Shown: positions 1-13,605, counted from the whole stretch's first letter. The stretch: DNA of 63,194 nucleotides, filler included, from Lenisia limosa (GCA_001655205.1; 10 parts of 10 records of this genome joined end to end with filler, not necessarily neighbours in it), one strand, 5' to 3'. Program-made: numbers and translations. The notes: generated by a model from the letters alone, not told the origin.

Positions 1-369
1 TCTAAAGATACGAAGTGAAAATTACGCCTTCAACACACAGACACGCAGACACACAGAATGAGAGAGGTAGCATGTGTATGTGTGTCTGGGGTGATGAACA
101 AATGAAATGGTGTGTGTGGAGGGGGGGGGGGTCAGGATGCAGACATGAGATTTCGAAAAAAAGACGTGACCAAAAGACGAGAACAGAAGGTTGGCTGCCC
201 CCCATGCTCATTTATGGCTTTTATTGAGCTCAGGTCCCACAAACACTGGGGTGAAGTCCTTGATGATGGATAGATCCTTGAGGGAAGGTTTCACTAAAAG
301 GTGAGTCTAAAAAATGCGAGTTCATGAAACTGACCCCACAATGGGGGGGCATAAGGGGCCCACATTTGA

Positions 370-2540
370 GGGCGACCGCGGCACCCGGGCCGCCGCACTG
401 CAGCCAAATGGATAGGATGTTGTCGGCATGCAACAGGTTGCCCGTGCCGTCGGCTCCGTATGACCAGTTCTTCTCCGTCTCCAAGATCATGCGATCGTCA
501 TCTACCATGGCTCCTAGGGGGGGGGGTGAACACTATCGACCTTATGGGATGGGGANNNNNNNNNNNNNNNNNNNNNNNNNNNNNNNNNNNNNNNNNNNNN
601 NNNNNNNNNNNNTCCAATAACCTCATAGATCCAACCAACCAATATCGTTTGCTTCGTAGAAAGGGTTCAGAGAAAGGCCACGCCAGTTCCATTGGACCTG
701 AATGTGAGAGGTGTGGAGGGTTCATTCCACCTAAAGATCAATTTCTGTAGCACATCCCCCCCCCCCCTACTTCAGGGAATTGCGACTTGACGAAATGATT
801 AGTGGCGGCAATGAAGCCTCCGGGAGCTTCACAGAGATGGTACGACATAACGTCAGATCCACACCCCTCGAAAAGCTGGGTGTGAGGCCATGTATATCGC
901 TTGTTAAAGTGAAGCCCATTTGCCCAATTGCAGACTGCCTGATACTTCTCTCATACCTGGAATCTATGCAGACATTCGTAAAACTTGGCCCAGGCTACAG
1001 AACACATTTCGGCCGATGTCTGAGGGGGGGGGGGGTAATACCAAAAAAATACTCACAAAACTTTGCAAAACAAAGCAAATAATAATAATAATAAACCCTG
1101 AAAAACAAAACAAAAAAATTAGCCCAAGGGTTGAGTTCCATAGCCACCCACTTGGCTTCGAATGTGTCTCACTACATCGTCTGTTTGGTTCATTCTACAT
1201 CAATTACACGGCACTAAAAATATGCATCCCTCGAACTCTGGTCGAACAAATGATTCCCTCATTACCTGCTCGAATGCTGGTGCCATGTACTGAGCTCTTT
1301 ATTATCGAGCTTGTCCTTCACCGCATTGAGGCTGAAAGGGGTGAACAAATGAAATTCAGTAAAAAGGGGGGGGTATTAAGGAAGAGGCAGAGAACAAAAA
1401 TTGGGGAAAGATCTTGATGAAAAGTTTTACTTCCTCCAAAAAGCGCCAAGCAAATAGGATATCCTTGCCCACCGGTCCAGTTCATCCATAAGCACCTCGC
1501 TGGCCTCTAAGTTGCCAGTAAACAGTTGATACGGTCTGAGGGGTCAGATCATCATATAAACGTGTCGTGCCAATTATAGTATCAACGTAAAAGTCGCTTG
1601 TAAAGAATACAGTTTATTCTCCACCCTTGAATAAACGAGCAAGACCGCGTGCATCAAGCACAACAAGCACAACACCCCGTACTCAGGCGGTTCCAGTTTA
1701 TCGAGGGTAAACGCCTTCTCAAAAAGCTCCTTGCGCCCAATAAGGACCGAGTCGTAATAGTCCTCGGCCTTGTACGCAACGGGGACCTCTGGTTCTCTGC
1801 TGATTTAGCAGATATTAAATAAAACCCTAAAGTCTCTAGAATATCATATGGCTTATGGGTGACATAGCCGGCAGTGAATGTAGAGATGAGTAACAATGAT
1901 ATTGACGATAGAAGAAAATTAGCTCCTAATATAACAGCCCAAATCCCGCGTTTTGCTTATTGAAACTCGCATTTCAGAAGAAAGCCCCCGCACCGATATC
2001 GCCCTCCGCCACGGCTGGCTCGGATGACACCCTGTCCCATTCGGCCGTTGCCTCTCCACCCCCCGGGCCGGCCTTTTCGGTTCCGGTCGCGGTCGTAACG
2101 ATCTCGTTCACCACGATGTTCAGATCGTTCAGATCTGTCACCTCGGTCGCTAGTACCTGGGGGATGAATCACGATGTTGAAAGTTGTCACAAACACCTTA
2201 ATTTTCAAAACTCCCAAAAAACACAGGATTTAAATAGCTTACTCAAGTAAGAAAAAGAAACAATAGATCATATATGTATATTATATTTATTGAAATTTTA
2301 TCAGGAAATTACCCCCTTCCCCTCACCTGAGCTGCGTTGGCGATCGCGCTCATTTCGGTTTCTGTCAGAATAATTTCGACTACTCTTGTCACTCCTGTCA
2401 CTTCTGTCACTTCTTTCACTTCTGTCACTTCTTTCATCTCTATCGGATCTTTCGGATCTGTCCGATCTATCAGAAACGTTGCGACTAGAGCGGTACCCGT
2501 CCGTACGGCCTCGGCGATCATCCTGATCCCTCCAGCCCAT
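370..2540 (-). CDS. CMTR2: Cap2 mRNA 2'-O-methyltransferase (CMTR2/FTSJD1 family), multi-exon, 3' part unresolved
   Basis: Minus-strand exons read SLNAVKDKLDNKELSTWHQH, SAEMCSVAWAKFYECLHRF, SYHLCEAPGGFIAATNHFVKSQF, VQWNWRGLSLNPFYEAND and MVDDDRMILETEKNWSYGADGTGNL. These are colinear with metazoan CMTR2 motifs (AWCKF, LHLCEAPG, LNPYHEAN, WYFGPDNTGD). ATG at 2540 (MGWRDQDD). Confidence 0.88.
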
Positions 2541-3392
2541 TATCTGTCCTGACCTGGGGTTAGAAGGAGCTAAAAGCATGAAGAATAACCGCCACTCTGG
2601 AATAGAACAGTGATTTGATCGTTCTCCTTCCCATTGTTTTTTTTAAAGTTGGATAAGAACCGTCAATATTACGACGTCAAGCACACGTCGATAACTATAA
2701 AATTTCGAGCTATTGAAGAAATAAAAACATCCATCCCCAACCTCCGTAGACATTTATCCAGCCCCAACCTCCGTAAACTGTAGCGGAACAGAGTAAAAGA
2801 CCTTACTTATCAAAGAACTCACAAACTTATCAAGCAGACTGATATGCCAAAAAAATAAAAATAGAAGAGCCCAGGGAATATTTATTTGAGGTATTTTACA
2901 TCAATTTAATTGAGTTCTCAGCACACAGACAGAATCAACATCCCACCAATACAGATGTTCCATCTTCAACAAGGAACCCAAAATGCTACACCCGACAAGG
3001 GAAAGATTTTCAGCTGAATCCACCATGGTTTACAGCCCTCTCTACCTTTAAGTTGGCAAATTAAGCCTAAAAGAGCCCTGAGTCCTGCGTCAATTCATTG
3101 TTTCCTCAATCGTCAACTCTTCGCATCATAAGTTCAAACTTTCTATATTATCTGATACAAGGTTACTTCAATGTTTGATTTCCAGCTGATAATCATGGAA
3201 TTTGAAAAATAATTCATGAAAAAGGAGTATTCCGGCGGCGCACCTGGATAAAGAACGAACTGAACTGAGGTCACCCATTAAATTTCAATTACGTCTTCGA
3301 GAGATTCCCAGAATTGTCTAGAAAGTTTTCTCCTTACCTTTTATAATCCAAAGTTTAAACTTTTCAAGTTATCTATCTATTCTTTATTAACA

Positions 3393-5428
3393 ATGGAGCC
3401 TGCTCGTGTTTGTATTACTGGTGCCTGTGGCGCTATTGCGTAAGCTATCCTTTTCAATGGGTTTCTCTAACCCTATTTAGTTACAGCCTCATCTTCCGCG
3501 TTGCGTTTGTGGGGTTCTGGTTGTTTCCCATTCTTTGGGGATTGTGGGAATTCATTTCGGTTGTGATTTGGCCTATTCTGAAGGCTAATACTGATTATAT
3601 TTAGTTCTGGACAGCTTCTGGGCGATCGCCCCATCATCCTCCAGCTTTTGGACATCGAACCAATGCTCCCTAAGCTCAAGGGTGTCCTCATGGAGCTTGA
3701 TGACTGTGCTTACCCTGCTCTTCACAGTAGGAGCGGAGTTTTGGACGATATTATGGTTGATATTCAGATGACGCTACAATCGAAGTCGGAGTGTTTCTAA
3801 TTTCACCTTAGGTGTTATCGCTACCGCTGACCCTGAAATTGGTTTCAAGGACTGTGATTACGCTTTCCTCGTCGGAGCGATGCCCAGAAGAGAGGTAAGT
3901 ATACTTTGGGCAAGTTTAATATTCTTGCTGACCTCCTTCCACGTCTCCGCCTCTTTCTGACGACAAAATAACCTTTTTTTCAGGGAATGGAGCGTGCTGA
4001 CCTCCTCAAGGCCAACGCCAACATCTTCAAGGTCCAAGGTGCTGCGATCGACAAGGTTGCCTCTCGTGATATCAAGGTCGTCGTCGTCGGCAACCCCGCC
4101 AACACCAACGCTGCCATCACTTCCGCCTGTGCCCCCTCCATCCCCAAGGCCAACATCACCGCCATGACCCGTCTCGACCATCACCGTGGCCAGTCTCTCA
4201 TCGCCCGGTCTCTTGACCTCCCCGTCACCTCTGTCAAGCACTTCTGCATCTGGTTGGTGTTGGGAGTGTTCTTCAAATGACATTACTGAGTCGACTTGTG
4301 TGTTGATTTGCCCGCCTAGGTATGAATGTTCTAACCCACAACCCTCAGATTTTTTAGTTGTTTGAACTAATTCGTGTAATTATTGGCATCTTTTGGGGAG
4401 ACCATCATCCCTCATCATTCTGGTATCTCCCCTATTTTCCGATTCTTTTTTTTAGGTTCTCGTTTGACAAAATTCTTCATCGAAATTTCGACCGTTTACC
4501 TCACCCCCCCCCCTCCTGTTTCTCTAGCTTCTTCTTCCTTTGGTAACAATGATCTAACCCCCCAGGGGCAACCACTCGACCACCCAGTACCCCGATGTTA
4601 GCTACGCCACCGCCAACAACACTGCTGTCAAGGCTCTCAAGGTTTGCTGGAAAGATGTTGGGGGTCATATTCTTATTGTTACACTTTGAAATAGTATTCC
4701 AGACTCGTCTTTATCAGCATAATCATTGTGTGTTGGATGAAAAGAGGGTTGATAATGGCTGATCGATGTGGGTTGTTAAAGGTTTAAAAGGTTATGCGTG
4801 GGGAAATTCATCCGATGGTTGAAGCATTTTTTGTGCTGTAAAATTTCGGATGAATTATCGGGTTAAGGTTTGGTTTTACATTTATTTTCTTTTTTGCCGC
4901 TTTTAACATTCTTGCATCATATTATTGGTTGTGATGCTTTATTTCACCAGAATTAACCCCCCAGGACGACGCCTGGCTCCACGGTGAGTTCATTACCACT
5001 GTCCAGAAGCGCGGCGGCGCAGTTATCAAGGCCCGCGGAGCCTCCTCAGCCGCTTCGGCAGCCCACGCCGCCCTCAGCCACATGTACGACTGGATCCATG
5101 GCACCAAGGCTGACGAGTGGACCTCCATGGCCGTGCCTTCCGACGGCTCTTACGGCGTCGCACCCGGTGTGGTCTTCTCCTTCCCCGTCACGTGCAAGGA
5201 CGGCAAGTACTCTATCGTTCAGGGTGGGGGGTCTTTCATCGTGCGTTTCATTTTTCCTCTAACAGAGTTGATTGGGATTTTTTGTTTGTTTCACAAATAC
5301 TCCCCCCTCCCGCTCCATGTCACAGCCCAGGCCTGAAGATCGATGAGTTCTCACAGAAGATGTTTGACGCAACCGACGCTGAGCTGCGTAAGGAGAAGGA
5401 CACCGCCTTCACCCACCTTGGCCTCTAA
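3393..5428 (+). CDS. MDH1: Cytosolic NAD-dependent malate dehydrogenase, about 8 exons
   Basis: Exons read [15 protein letters not shown] / YSLIFRV / [25 protein letters not shown] / LVGAMPRRE / [31 protein letters not shown] / [11 protein letters not shown] / [21 protein letters not shown] / [16 protein letters not shown] / [23 protein letters not shown] introns. Confidence 0.97.
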
Positions 5429-5672
5429 GCCTCCTTTGTATCCTGTTTCGCATCATCCATGTCTTAAAATCACTGGAATGCATTTTATATTTATTTCTTA
5501 AAGGACACTAATGGGTGATGCTCTGTTTCTCACTGCCACCGCCTTCACCCACCTTGGCCTCTAAGCCTCCTTTGTATCCTGTTTCGCATCATCCATGTCT
5601 TAAAATCACTGGAATGCATTTTATATTTATTTCTTAAAGGACACTAATGGGTGATGCTCTGTTTCTCACTGC
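5401..5672 (+). repeat. Perfect 136-bp tandem duplication covering the MDH stop codon and 3' UTR
   Basis: 5401-5536 is repeated at 5537-5672. Confidence 0.92.
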
Positions 5673-5769
5673 TGAGGGAACTTCAAGCAATATCTTTTCT
5701 TGTGTTTAATGGACATGACAGTACCCAGTACATATACAGAAAACATGGTAACATAGTTAGAACTTGCTT

Positions 5770-8700
5770 GCAAACGAGCTTTTCAGGGGGGTTGTCGGAC
5801 GAAGAGTGTTGTTAGAGCTTCTGGTGAAGGATGTAAGTGATACCTGGGAGGGGGCGCGTTTCTCGAGGCGCTTGGGCTGGGGCTACGTTGTGAGGGGAGT
5901 ATGACGCTTAGAAATCGATACGTTTTATCCATGATAATTAAAGGAGAATGGGGGGAGAGTAAAATGGGATAATTTATGAAACAAAACAAAAAAAAGCCCG
6001 AAATCAACTGTTGGATGATAAGGGGAGAGTATAACGTCAAGAGGGATAAAATGGAAGTAGCTGCTTTATTAAATCAACTATTCCCTCTCACAAGGCTGGT
6101 TTGACTGCTGCTCTTCTTCTTCAGAGAATTGTTCATTTCCGTTGCGTCCATCTGAAAGTGATAACGAGAGGGCTCAGAGGGATGGTGTGGATTGAGGTGG
6201 TGGTGGAAACCTGGTTTTAGAGTGATGGTGGTGGAAGCCTGGTTTTAGAGAGCCTGGTTTTAGAGTGGTGGTAAAATAAATAGTAGCGGTAGTAGGACAT
6301 GGAGTAATTGAGTGCAATTAGGTACTTATTAGGTACAAATATAGGTCTAATTAAGTCATACTACAACACTACAACGATTATGCCAAAAACAATGGTGGAT
6401 GGTGGAAACCGGGTATTGGAGAGTGGTGGTGGTGGAATCTGGTGGAATACAAGAGTGGAGGCCCCTTGGGATTGAGTTCATGCCCCTTGGGATTGAGTTC
6501 ATGCCCCTCCCTACCACAAGGCCATGGGGGACATGAGTGCGGGTAGTGAGCCAGGTTTTCATCTGTCCCTTACCCTTCGCGGTCACCAGTCGCCCCTCAT
6601 ACTCAAACCTAAAAACGTCAATTGAAAGGTAAGTCTATCAACGTGTCCGAAAAAAGAACCAGCGTAACATCCGCCACTATTAGAATGACCAACTACTGCA
6701 AGAAAGGGCTTACTCAGATCTATGGGCTAGCAACTCGTAAGTGCTGTGGCTGATTTGAAGGGAACCGGGTACACCAGTGGATTCACATCTGTGGTTGTGA
6801 GACTTCTTGAGACCGTGGTTGTATCTATGAGCACCATTAATCTACCCCCCACCTTGAAGCCACGTTTACTGCATCGCCAAAGAGGAGGAAACGGGGGCGA
6901 ATGTCTCCGACCACACTCGAAACCTGGACAAGTGACTTGGTACAACAAAATATCAACTCTCTGATAAGGTGGGTAACTATTCGCTCAACCCCTGAAGAAA
7001 GCATATTGCAGCAGAAGAGTTATGATATTTCCTGTCTTTCAGCCCTCAAACCACTTCGCCCGTATTAATGCCGACTCTAACGTTGATCGGTAAACTTTCC
7101 TCATCATCTTCGTTGAACCTGAGCAATCAGTTTAGGGGTATTCTCTCAGGTGATGGTGATGATAACAGACCTAATACTGCCCGCGGTTTTGATCATGTCG
7201 AGGGCGCAATGCACAGCTCGCACCGCGTAGTCCTCCAAAGGTTCGGGGAGGTTGGCAACACACATATACTCGTCACCTGGGGAGGGGTGAGTATACCATG
7301 ACTGGGGTTGTTGCAAAAGACGGATTAATACAACATTTTTTCTGTTTAGAAGATAATTAATTATGCAGCTTCAAATCAATTAAGCTGGGAAATGAGGAGC
7401 AGGCCGGCTTAGCTTTGAATAAACTTAAACGTCAGCCTACCCGTGATCTCCATCTTGTAGAGCCCGTACTTTCGGACAATATCATCATAAAGAGCATACA
7501 ACCGTTCAAGGAAACTCATCACCTGGGGGGGGGGGGGGGNNNNNNNNNNNNNNNNNNNNNNNNNNNNNNNNNNNNNNNNNNNNNNNNNNNNNNNNNNNNN
7601 NNNNNNNNNNNNNNNNNNNNNNNNNNNNNNNNNNNNNNNNNNNNNNNNNNNNNNNNNCAGTGAAAAGAGTAAGTCGATATTCAAGAGCTTCGAGCCATCA
7701 TAATCGTTAAACTACCAACCTTTTCAGGAGGGTTTTCACTGGACATTTTGGTAAAACCGCAAATATCAGTGAACAGAATCTGCAGAGGTGAGGTGTGAAC
7801 AGATAATGAAGGGGAAAATGTTTAAGGTGTGGAATAGGGATAAATGCACATTATTTAAAAGATGACTCACATAAACAGCAAAACAGCGCCCCCCCCCCCA
7901 ACAGAGACGCTGTCGTACTTCTCGGGTTTAATGTCCGAAATGGTCTCGCCGTTTTGGAGGCGAACGGCTATCCGCTCGGGGAGGACCTGGAGGGGGGAAA
8001 TTTATGAAACAAAAAAGCTGAGATGTTCTGTGCCAGGCCTTAACCACGAAAAGAACAACTAAGCCTCAGAACATACGGTGTTGAGCAGCTGGTTTGTTTC
8101 GCGCTGCTTCTTCCTCTCCTTCTCTTCCACAGCGTCAAGTTGGTTCAGGATGGAGGAGAAGCCAACATCATCAACTGCAGCGTGAGGACTTTGAACGACC
8201 CCCCCCCCTCAAGCACTCAGGGAGCAATGAGAAATAAAAATAAAAATGTATCTGGCCGAAGCCGTCCACATCATCACGCTCATAAGAGATATTGGATTAT
8301 AGTATAATATTAATTCTCCCAATCATTTGCCTTACAACTGCACACAGATATTATAATAGAACATCATATTGATACATGATAGATACTTGTCAAGCCTTTT
8401 CTGTGAACTTCGTGGAATGTTCTTACCAATCAGCCCCCACCATTGGCTTCAGTTCGCTCCACGTTCTGACTCGACGACATTTTGTCCCTCAAAAGACTGG
8501 CACTCTGCAGGAAGAACCGCAGCTCGGCACCCTCATCGCCGTCCACGGCCCAATGCGGCACTAAGGAAAGCATCCGGCTGATACGCCGATCTACGGATCT
8601 GGAGGGTTAGCCGTTAATGTCCAATCGATAAACATAATAATAAGACTGAACTGAGCCGCCCCCTACAGCACGGCGTATTGTGCCCTGAAGATGACAGCAA

Positions 8701-11700
8701 AAAAAACGATCAGACAGATCAGGAACGTGATGGCGGTGGCTGGGGGGAGGGTAAGAAAAGTGACACGCCGTCTGTATTATCATAAAGTAATTATTGCATC
8801 AAGCACAAATCAACCATTACGACCAAAAGTCAGCCCACCAAGAAGATACAATTGGTTGGAAGTGTTGAGGTCCTCAGTGAACGCGTTCTCCAAGATAAGG
8901 GCCGTCCTNNNNNNNNNNNNNNNNNNNNNNNNNNNNNNNNNNNNNNNNNNNNNNNNNNNNNNNNNNNNNNNNNNNNNNNNNNNNNNNNNNNNNNNNNNNN
9001 NNNNNNNNNNATAATGTTGAGTAACAATAACACAAGCCGCCACCCCCTTACTTATGAAGCTCAGCTGTCACAATTTGAGCCTGGGCCACAAGCATGACGT
9101 AATGAGGGTTGTTAGAATTGATGTCGCTCTCTTCAGCAGTGGCAAGGAGGTTACCTTCCTAAAAAGGTAAGGAGGTTACCTTCCTAAAAAGTGGTTTCGG
9201 GGAACATTCCTTGATCAAGAAGCCCCCCAACCATTAAGATGCGATGAATCAGGGTATCCAAACCACCAAGGCCGGGGAAACTGTATGATGGAAGTTCGAT
9301 TGGAGATGACTGCGCGTACATCAGAGTGTCGTAGTCTTCAAACCTAGGCTATCAGTCTCTGTGGTATGTGCATTCAAATCTAGGCTTTCAGTTTCTGTGG
9401 TCTATGCATGGCTTTTCAAAAGTCCAATAAAGAAATAGTATGATTATTGTATGTAATATGATGAAATCCAATATAGCAATTCCATTATTTGTAAGATACA
9501 ACACACTATTCTCAATATGATAAGCAGTAAGTTACCTATTGGTGTAGCCTTCTCCAAGGAGTGTTCTACAACAGTGAGATCACTATAAAAAACTGCCACC
9601 ACCCATCTTCAGCCGCAATTCTTTATCAATACCCCCACCTCTGCAGTTCAGACCCCTCAACAGCCTCCTCAAGGTTGTTCATTGACGACAGCAGGAAGCG
9701 ACGCCAATATCTACGTCGTTACCGCCAATGTACAGTGACCGGGATAAGTCTTGACCTATTTTACTTGGGAAATCACATAGCAAATCGGTCAATACTTATC
9801 CTGGTCACTGTATATCATATCAAGAAATGCGGTCGTTTTAGGCCGAAGTAAGCCCCCCCCCCCCAACTCTCGTCGGTCCTTATGCTTGATCATATTGTTG
9901 GCTGCAATGCCAAGCTAAACTCGTAAGTTGACATCCATGTGAGATGATATCTTGGAAAAGGTTTGAAAAAAAGAGCAAAATAATGGCATACAAAACCTTC
10001 CTTGATAATGGCACACAAAACCAGACGCCATACTCATACATGGAAGAGCTGGGTCTCTCTTTGGTTCACAACGTTGAATAGCGCTGGCACGTCTTTCTGC
10101 GTGCGTTATTGATACGCCTTTTTACATAGTGAGCGAGGGGAAATTCATGGATATTTAGTACCCGATAGTGTCTTAATCTACCTATTCCTCCCAACCTGGG
10201 TATCCAGTTCATAGGCACCAAAAGCCACGAGAAGGGACACGACAGCGAAGATTACGATGAAGCCTGAAATCAGCCTCATGCGCGGCCGGTTCAACGTGAT
10301 ACCAATCTGGGGGAGTGGTGGTGGTATAAGCTCAATTCCTTCAATTAGAAACAATTTCACATAGTTACTACGGCCTATAGTATCGATGTTCATCGAGGAT
10401 TAATCGAGAAATGTCCCCCTCACCGGCCGCAGAGAAACTCTCGAGCGTCTTCTGGCCACGAGGAAGGTCTACGATGTAAATGGCATGGATATATATAGCA
10501 ATGAGAAATAAAAAATAAGGTTGTATCTGGCCGAAGCCATCCACACCATTACGCTTAAAAGGGATATTGGATTATAGTAATATAATAATAATTCACCCAA
10601 TCATTTGCCTTACAACACAGCTTTCTGCGTGCCTCCCCAGCATTAGAGAAATAAGGACGGCGTAATGAGACTCTGATACAAGACACTACACCCACCTCCA
10701 CACTAGCCAGGTCCTGTCTCAGAAGCATGACCGATAGGGCGATGATGGGAACAGTGCAGCAAACGACAATGATGCCGATGGAGGCTAACCGCTTTCCATT
10801 GTCAAGCTGGGGGGGTGTGAATAACTAGTTTCCTTTGGAAGAAGTGAAACAACAAAATGTTGCGTAATGAAAAGTGGACCTATCTGAACGACAAAATGAC
10901 CACCTCCCCCCCCCCCCCNNNNNNNNNNNNNNNNNNNNNNNNNNNNNNNNNNNNNNNNNNNNNNNNNNNNNNNNNNNNNNNNNNNNNNNNNNNNNNNNNN
11001 NNNNNNNNNNNNNNNNNNNNNNNNNNNNNNNNNNNNNNGAGCAGTTCCGAGATTTGGGCAACAGCGGCGTCATACTGGGCCTCAAATTTGGTGTCCAGGA
11101 GAATGGCCCGAGCAATGTTGATCTGGGCGGAGTGAGGAGCAGTAAATCAAGATCAAGAGGACATTCAATACTTGTATGTCAAGAAGTTGTATGTCAAGAA
11201 GGTGGCATGCAATAACTTGTGTCAAGCGCACCTGCTCGTCCGCGCTTTTGGCGGAGTCTGTAGCTAGGTTGCTGTACGGCGTGGCAGCAAAGTCTAGGGG
11301 TGGTGGTGGTGGTGACAATAGAATTTATGAACCCAAAACAGCCATCATTGACACTTCTACTGGCCATGCACTATACCCCACATCATATTATAAACCAGAC
11401 CATACGCCTTCTATACCTGGATAAAGCGAGTCGAAACGATGGGAATTGTCCTCATCGGCAATGTCATATGTGAAGCCCTGGAGGTGAATACTTGACACGT
11501 CTACAATACACTATTTTTTTGGGGATTTTATACATTCGTGAATCCTGAGATATGAAAATTTGAACTAAACCCATGGAACGCACCTTGAGAAGAGGGACCT
11601 TGCTGTCGTCAATCTCATGCGAAAGCTGTGACAGCTTCATTGCAATCTTCAGCGTGCGAACCACCTACAGAGGACATATTATCAAACAAACAATAGAACC

Positions 11701-13605
11701 ACGCTGCTGACGAAAGATTACCAAGAGAATACCAAAACAGAGACCACCATGATGAGACCCCACCTTGCTTGTAAGATTCAAGGACAGGTCCAAGACCTCG
11801 AGCTCATAGTCGTCCATCAGGGGTTTGAGCGCCATTAGAGCGGCATTACTGTCGGCTAGGACAGTGTCCTCAAATTCGTAGTAGCCCACTAGGTCACCGT
11901 TCTGCACAAACCGCCGGCAGGAGAGAATCTGCGGGGTAAAAAGAAGGTAAGAAGAAGGTAAGAAGAAGGTAAGAAGAAGGTAAGAAGAAGGTAAGAAGAG
12001 GGGAGTGAAATGGGAATAATCGAATGACAATACTCAAACCGACCTTATTGAAGAGGTTACTGTACTCAGACTGTACGCTGAGAAGATAGTTGGACAGTTT
12101 CAGGAAATCAGCCTCCCCGGTCTCAGCAGCTTCCACCAGCTGGTAGTTGATAATGGCAAGGGACAACGCTGCGAGGGGTTAACCGCCCTAATAACACTGT
12201 TAGCACCGCCCGAATAACACTGTTAGCACCGCGCACCGGAGAAGACAAAAAGAAACACGATGAGGTAGAGTCGCGAACGTTGAGATGTAAGCTGCAAGGA
12301 GTCAGAGACAACATTATCGCAGCAATAGGATGTAAAAGGATAACGTGAGAACAACATCAATAAATGCCAGCCAATANNNNNNNNNNNNNNNNNNNNNNNN
12401 NNNNNNNNNNNNNNNNNNNNNNNNNNNNNNNNNNNNNNNNNNNNNNNNNNNNNNNNNNNNNNNNNNNNNNNNNNNNNNNNNNNNNNNNNNNNNNNNNNNN
12501 NNCGACGAAGTGGCAAGGAAAGACTTTCTACACCCATCATGGCACTCCCAGCATTAAATAAATCACTACACCAGAATGACATTTTCAATCTTTTACCCTG
12601 GGGTATCAGACCTGAGTTGGGCTGAGACAAAGCGTTGTCTGGTGCTGGCAAAGAAGAGGTAGGCTGCCGAAAGCATTGTGATCAGAACACACAGCATCAT
12701 GTTGGTATTGTACGTCGATATCTGGAGGGTGACTAACAGCAAGAGATGAAACAAAACTTAAGTATAACACTGAAAACTATCACCCGTCAAAAAACAATGT
12801 AATATTATTATCTTATCATACCCTCTATTATATCATATGATACATGTATATAATACACTATGTCATATCATATGAAATCGACCCCCCCACGTAGCCATCA
12901 ATGTCACTTCCGATGTCGGAAAGAGTTCTTGCTGTCATTGCCCTGGTAATGTTAGCAATATCGACAACATGTGTGGCAAGCAACAGAGAAAAGCCATGCA
13001 ACCCCCCTCCCCCCCACATAACCAAGGGATAGTATTCCATTGTGCACAATGGTATAAGTGAAATAGGTTATTGCGCAGCATAATCCGATGGCCCACTCTT
13101 CAAACTGCAGTGTGGGACTGATGGTTTCGTCCAAATGCGCAAAGAAAGAGTCGTCATACACAATACTCCTTGCGAGATCCATCTGAAGGGTGGGGGGGGG
13201 GGTGAAGCCAAGGAAACAAAGGGAGAGCGTCCTACAAAAAAAAAAAAANNNNNNNNNNNNNNNNNNNNNNNNNNNNNNNNNNNNNNNNNNNNNNNNNNNN
13301 NNNNNNNNNNNNNNNNNNNNNNNNNNNNNNNNNNNNNNNNNNNNNNNNNNNNNNNNNNNNNNNNNNNNNNNNNNNNNNNNNNNNNNTTAGTGAAGGTCTT
13401 ATTGATCCTTGGGAAGTCTTGTGAAATTGTATCAGCCCATTCAAGCGTACTAGGGGGTCATCAAATGGTGAAAGTAAAAGTCAGAATAACAAAGGCTCTT
13501 CAATTTTACTCAGTTTTCCTAAAACAGAGTAAAGAGTTCCGTGACACTCCCCACGTGATATCCCAGGTCAGGCTGCTGATCTCATGCGTCATATTGAGGT
13601 TTAAG
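5770..13605 (-). CDS. Multi-pass membrane class III adenylyl/guanylyl cyclase (long helical sensor-like N-terminal region, TM helices, one cyclase domain); 5' end truncated by linker, 3' end approximate
   Basis: Catalytic exons at about 6520-7990 read ERIAVRLQNGETIS, ILFTDICGFT, YGLYKMEITGDEYMCV, VRVGINTGEVVSSVVGDIRPRFLLFGDAVNVASRCESTG and VTAKGKGQMKTWL. Hydrophobic exons lie at about 10190-10300 (LISGFIVIFAVVSLLVAFGA) and 10730-10805 (LASIGIIVVCCTVPIIALS). Upstream exons are joined to the cyclase by strand and splice-site continuity only. Confidence 0.85.
8228..8350 (-). repeat. TIR-less intronic repeat family C (about 120 bp)
   Basis: The + strand reads ATGAGAAATAAAAA..GTATCTGGCCGAAGCCGTCCACATCATCACGCT..GATATTGGATTATAGT..AATTCACCCAATCATTTGCCTTA. 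Copies lie at about 10501, 24283, 27632, 35069, 53150 and 53835, and reversed at about 47580, 48030 and 58516. Confidence 0.8.
9733..9810. mobile_element. Tc1/mariner-type MITE (about 78 bp, TIR CAGTGACCGGGATAAGTCTTGAC), representative copy
   Basis: TA|CAGTG..CACTG|TA. Related copies lie at about 17633-17709, 23274-23352, 25997-26070, 26395-26455, 39081-39150 and 60077-60135, with halves at about 33250 and 48240. Confidence 0.85.
11940..12000. repeat. (AAGAAGGTA)n-type short tandem repeat in a cyclase intron
   Basis: Direct reading of the sequence. Confidence 0.85.

Noticed and set aside
3040-3140. Minus-strand LTIEETMN*RRTQGSF, resembling the piggyBac catalytic motif, in the CMTR2-MDH intergenic region
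   Set aside because: About 15 residues with a stop and no supporting motifs, TIRs or TTAA TSD.
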